A stretch of 64,000 nucleotides of DNA, taken from the NCBI GenBank assembly GCA_002269645.1, contig NIVC01000702.1, positions 1 to 64,000 of the forward strand, written 5' to 3'. A program made the position numbers and the translations under genes. Shown here one piece after another: positions 62,304 through 64,000 of the stretch; within the stretch, counting starts at the first letter, position 1, and each line of letters begins with the position of its first letter. This DNA is from Macrostomum lignano (Eukaryota). Below the pieces are notes generated by a model. It was not told the origin of the DNA. It did not search any database and worked only from the letters and a program-made list of their open reading frames with translations.

Positions 62304-63349
62304 ATGGGTCACGACTGTGAGTCTATTGCGTCAGGAATTTCATTCAGTCTGGAGGCTGTTAGAGTACTGTCAGGAGGCTGTTAGAGTACTGTCAGGAGGC
62401 TGTTAGAGTACTGTCAGGAGGCTGTTAGAGTACTGTCAGGAGGCTGTTAGAGTACTGTCAGGAGGCTGTTAGGGTACTGTCAGGAGGCTGTTAGGGTACT
62501 GTCAGGAGGCTGTTAGGGTACTGTCAGGAGGCTGTTGGAGTACTGTCACGAGGCTGTTAGAGTACTGTCAGGAGGCTGTTAGGGTACTGTCAGGAGGCTG
62601 TTAGAGTACTGTCAGGAGGCTGTTAGAGTACTGTCAGGAGGCTGTTAGAGTACTGTCACGAGGCTGTTAGGGTACTGTCAGGAGGCTGTTAGAGTACTGT
62701 CAGGAGGCTGTTAGAGTACTGTCACGAGGCTGTTAGAGTACTGTCACGAGGCTGTTAGGGTACTGTCAGGATGCTGTTAGAGTACTGTCAGGAGGCTGTT
62801 AGAGTACTGTCACGAGGCTGTTAGGGTACTGTCAGGAGGCTGTTAGAGTACTTTCAGGAGGCTGTTAGAGTACTGTCACGAGGCTGTTAGAGTACTGTCA
62901 GGAGGCTGTTAGGGTACTGTCAGGAGGCTGTTAGAGTACTGTCACGAGGCTGTTAGAGTACTGTCAGGAGACTGTTACAGTACTGTCAAACGCAATAGCA
63001 CTCCCGCACTTCTGTACTCATCCTGCAGCCGAAGAGGCCGGGGTGAACGAGTCCGTGTTCACCATACTCAACAACGTCGCCGGCTTTCGCATCGGCTCCT
63101 TGGTTGCCGCTGAAGACTTCGCCGACAAAGTCAACTACAAGTGGAGCAGCTCGCTGCTGCTCACGGCCACCTTCATCATAGTGATGCGGGACTTTGCGTT
63201 CAAGCCGATTCAGTGTTACACCCCGCCCGAGTGGCCTCATCCTTGGGAAGAGTACGCTGAGAACTACTGCTGGGTGCAGAACAACTACCACGTGTCCTAC
63301 CTGAACACCAGCTTCCCCACGCCTACTGAGAGGAGCAGCCTGGAGCTCA
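62304..63349 (+). CDS. inx: Innexin, 5' part (possible micro-exon 62304-62316; exon 63029-63349; continues beyond the window)
   Basis: The exon reads AEDFADKVNY...LLL...PIQCYTP.EW...WEEYAENYCWVQNNY, the innexin TM1 and first extracellular loop with two conserved Cys. The CTGCAG acceptor at 63028 and GTGAGT donor at 63350 are both phase 1. It is missing from the ORF track because this exon has no ATG at its start. Confidence 0.93.
62351..62985. repeat. 22-bp minisatellite (GGAGGCTGTTAGAGTACTGTCA)
   Basis: About 29 copies. Confidence 0.96.
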
Positions 63350-63352
63350 GTG

Positions 63353-64000
<648 letters not shown>

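Overview
This is eukaryotic (invertebrate animal) genomic DNA with GC-rich exons and AT-rich or minisatellite-filled introns. The innexin and overall style fit a flatworm such as Macrostomum, but that is an inference. I rebuilt the spliced genes by hand, checking GT/GC-AG sites and intron phases. They are: the 3' part of an Aurora kinase (+, <1-2173); a G-alpha-s-like gene (-, 8271-5920, two 1-nt lesions); a complete secreted multi-CUB gene (-, 14172-11212); an orphan ORF (-, about 18335-17566); a 27-kb P5B-type ATPase (ATP13A; +, 22775-50113); a roughly 1290-aa helical-repeat/ankyrin/Mab-21 (cGAS-like receptor, cGLR) gene (-, 61641-51104); and, head-to-head with it, the 5' part of an innexin (+, from about 62304). 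The ATP13A introns host a full-length Gypsy LTR element (itself interrupted by a MULE/foldback-like MITE), hAT MITEs and a nested antisense PAN-fibrinogen gene. The strongest candidate system is the right-hand locus: an ankyrin-fused cGLR-type nucleotidyltransferase with an altered catalytic motif, divergently paired with a gap-junction innexin. The intron splitting its NTase domain holds a Penelope-derived 210-bp perfect hairpin carrying two hammerhead ribozymes. No CRISPR, rRNA or true tRNA genes were found. Most long ORFs in the supplied track are translations of tandem repeats.
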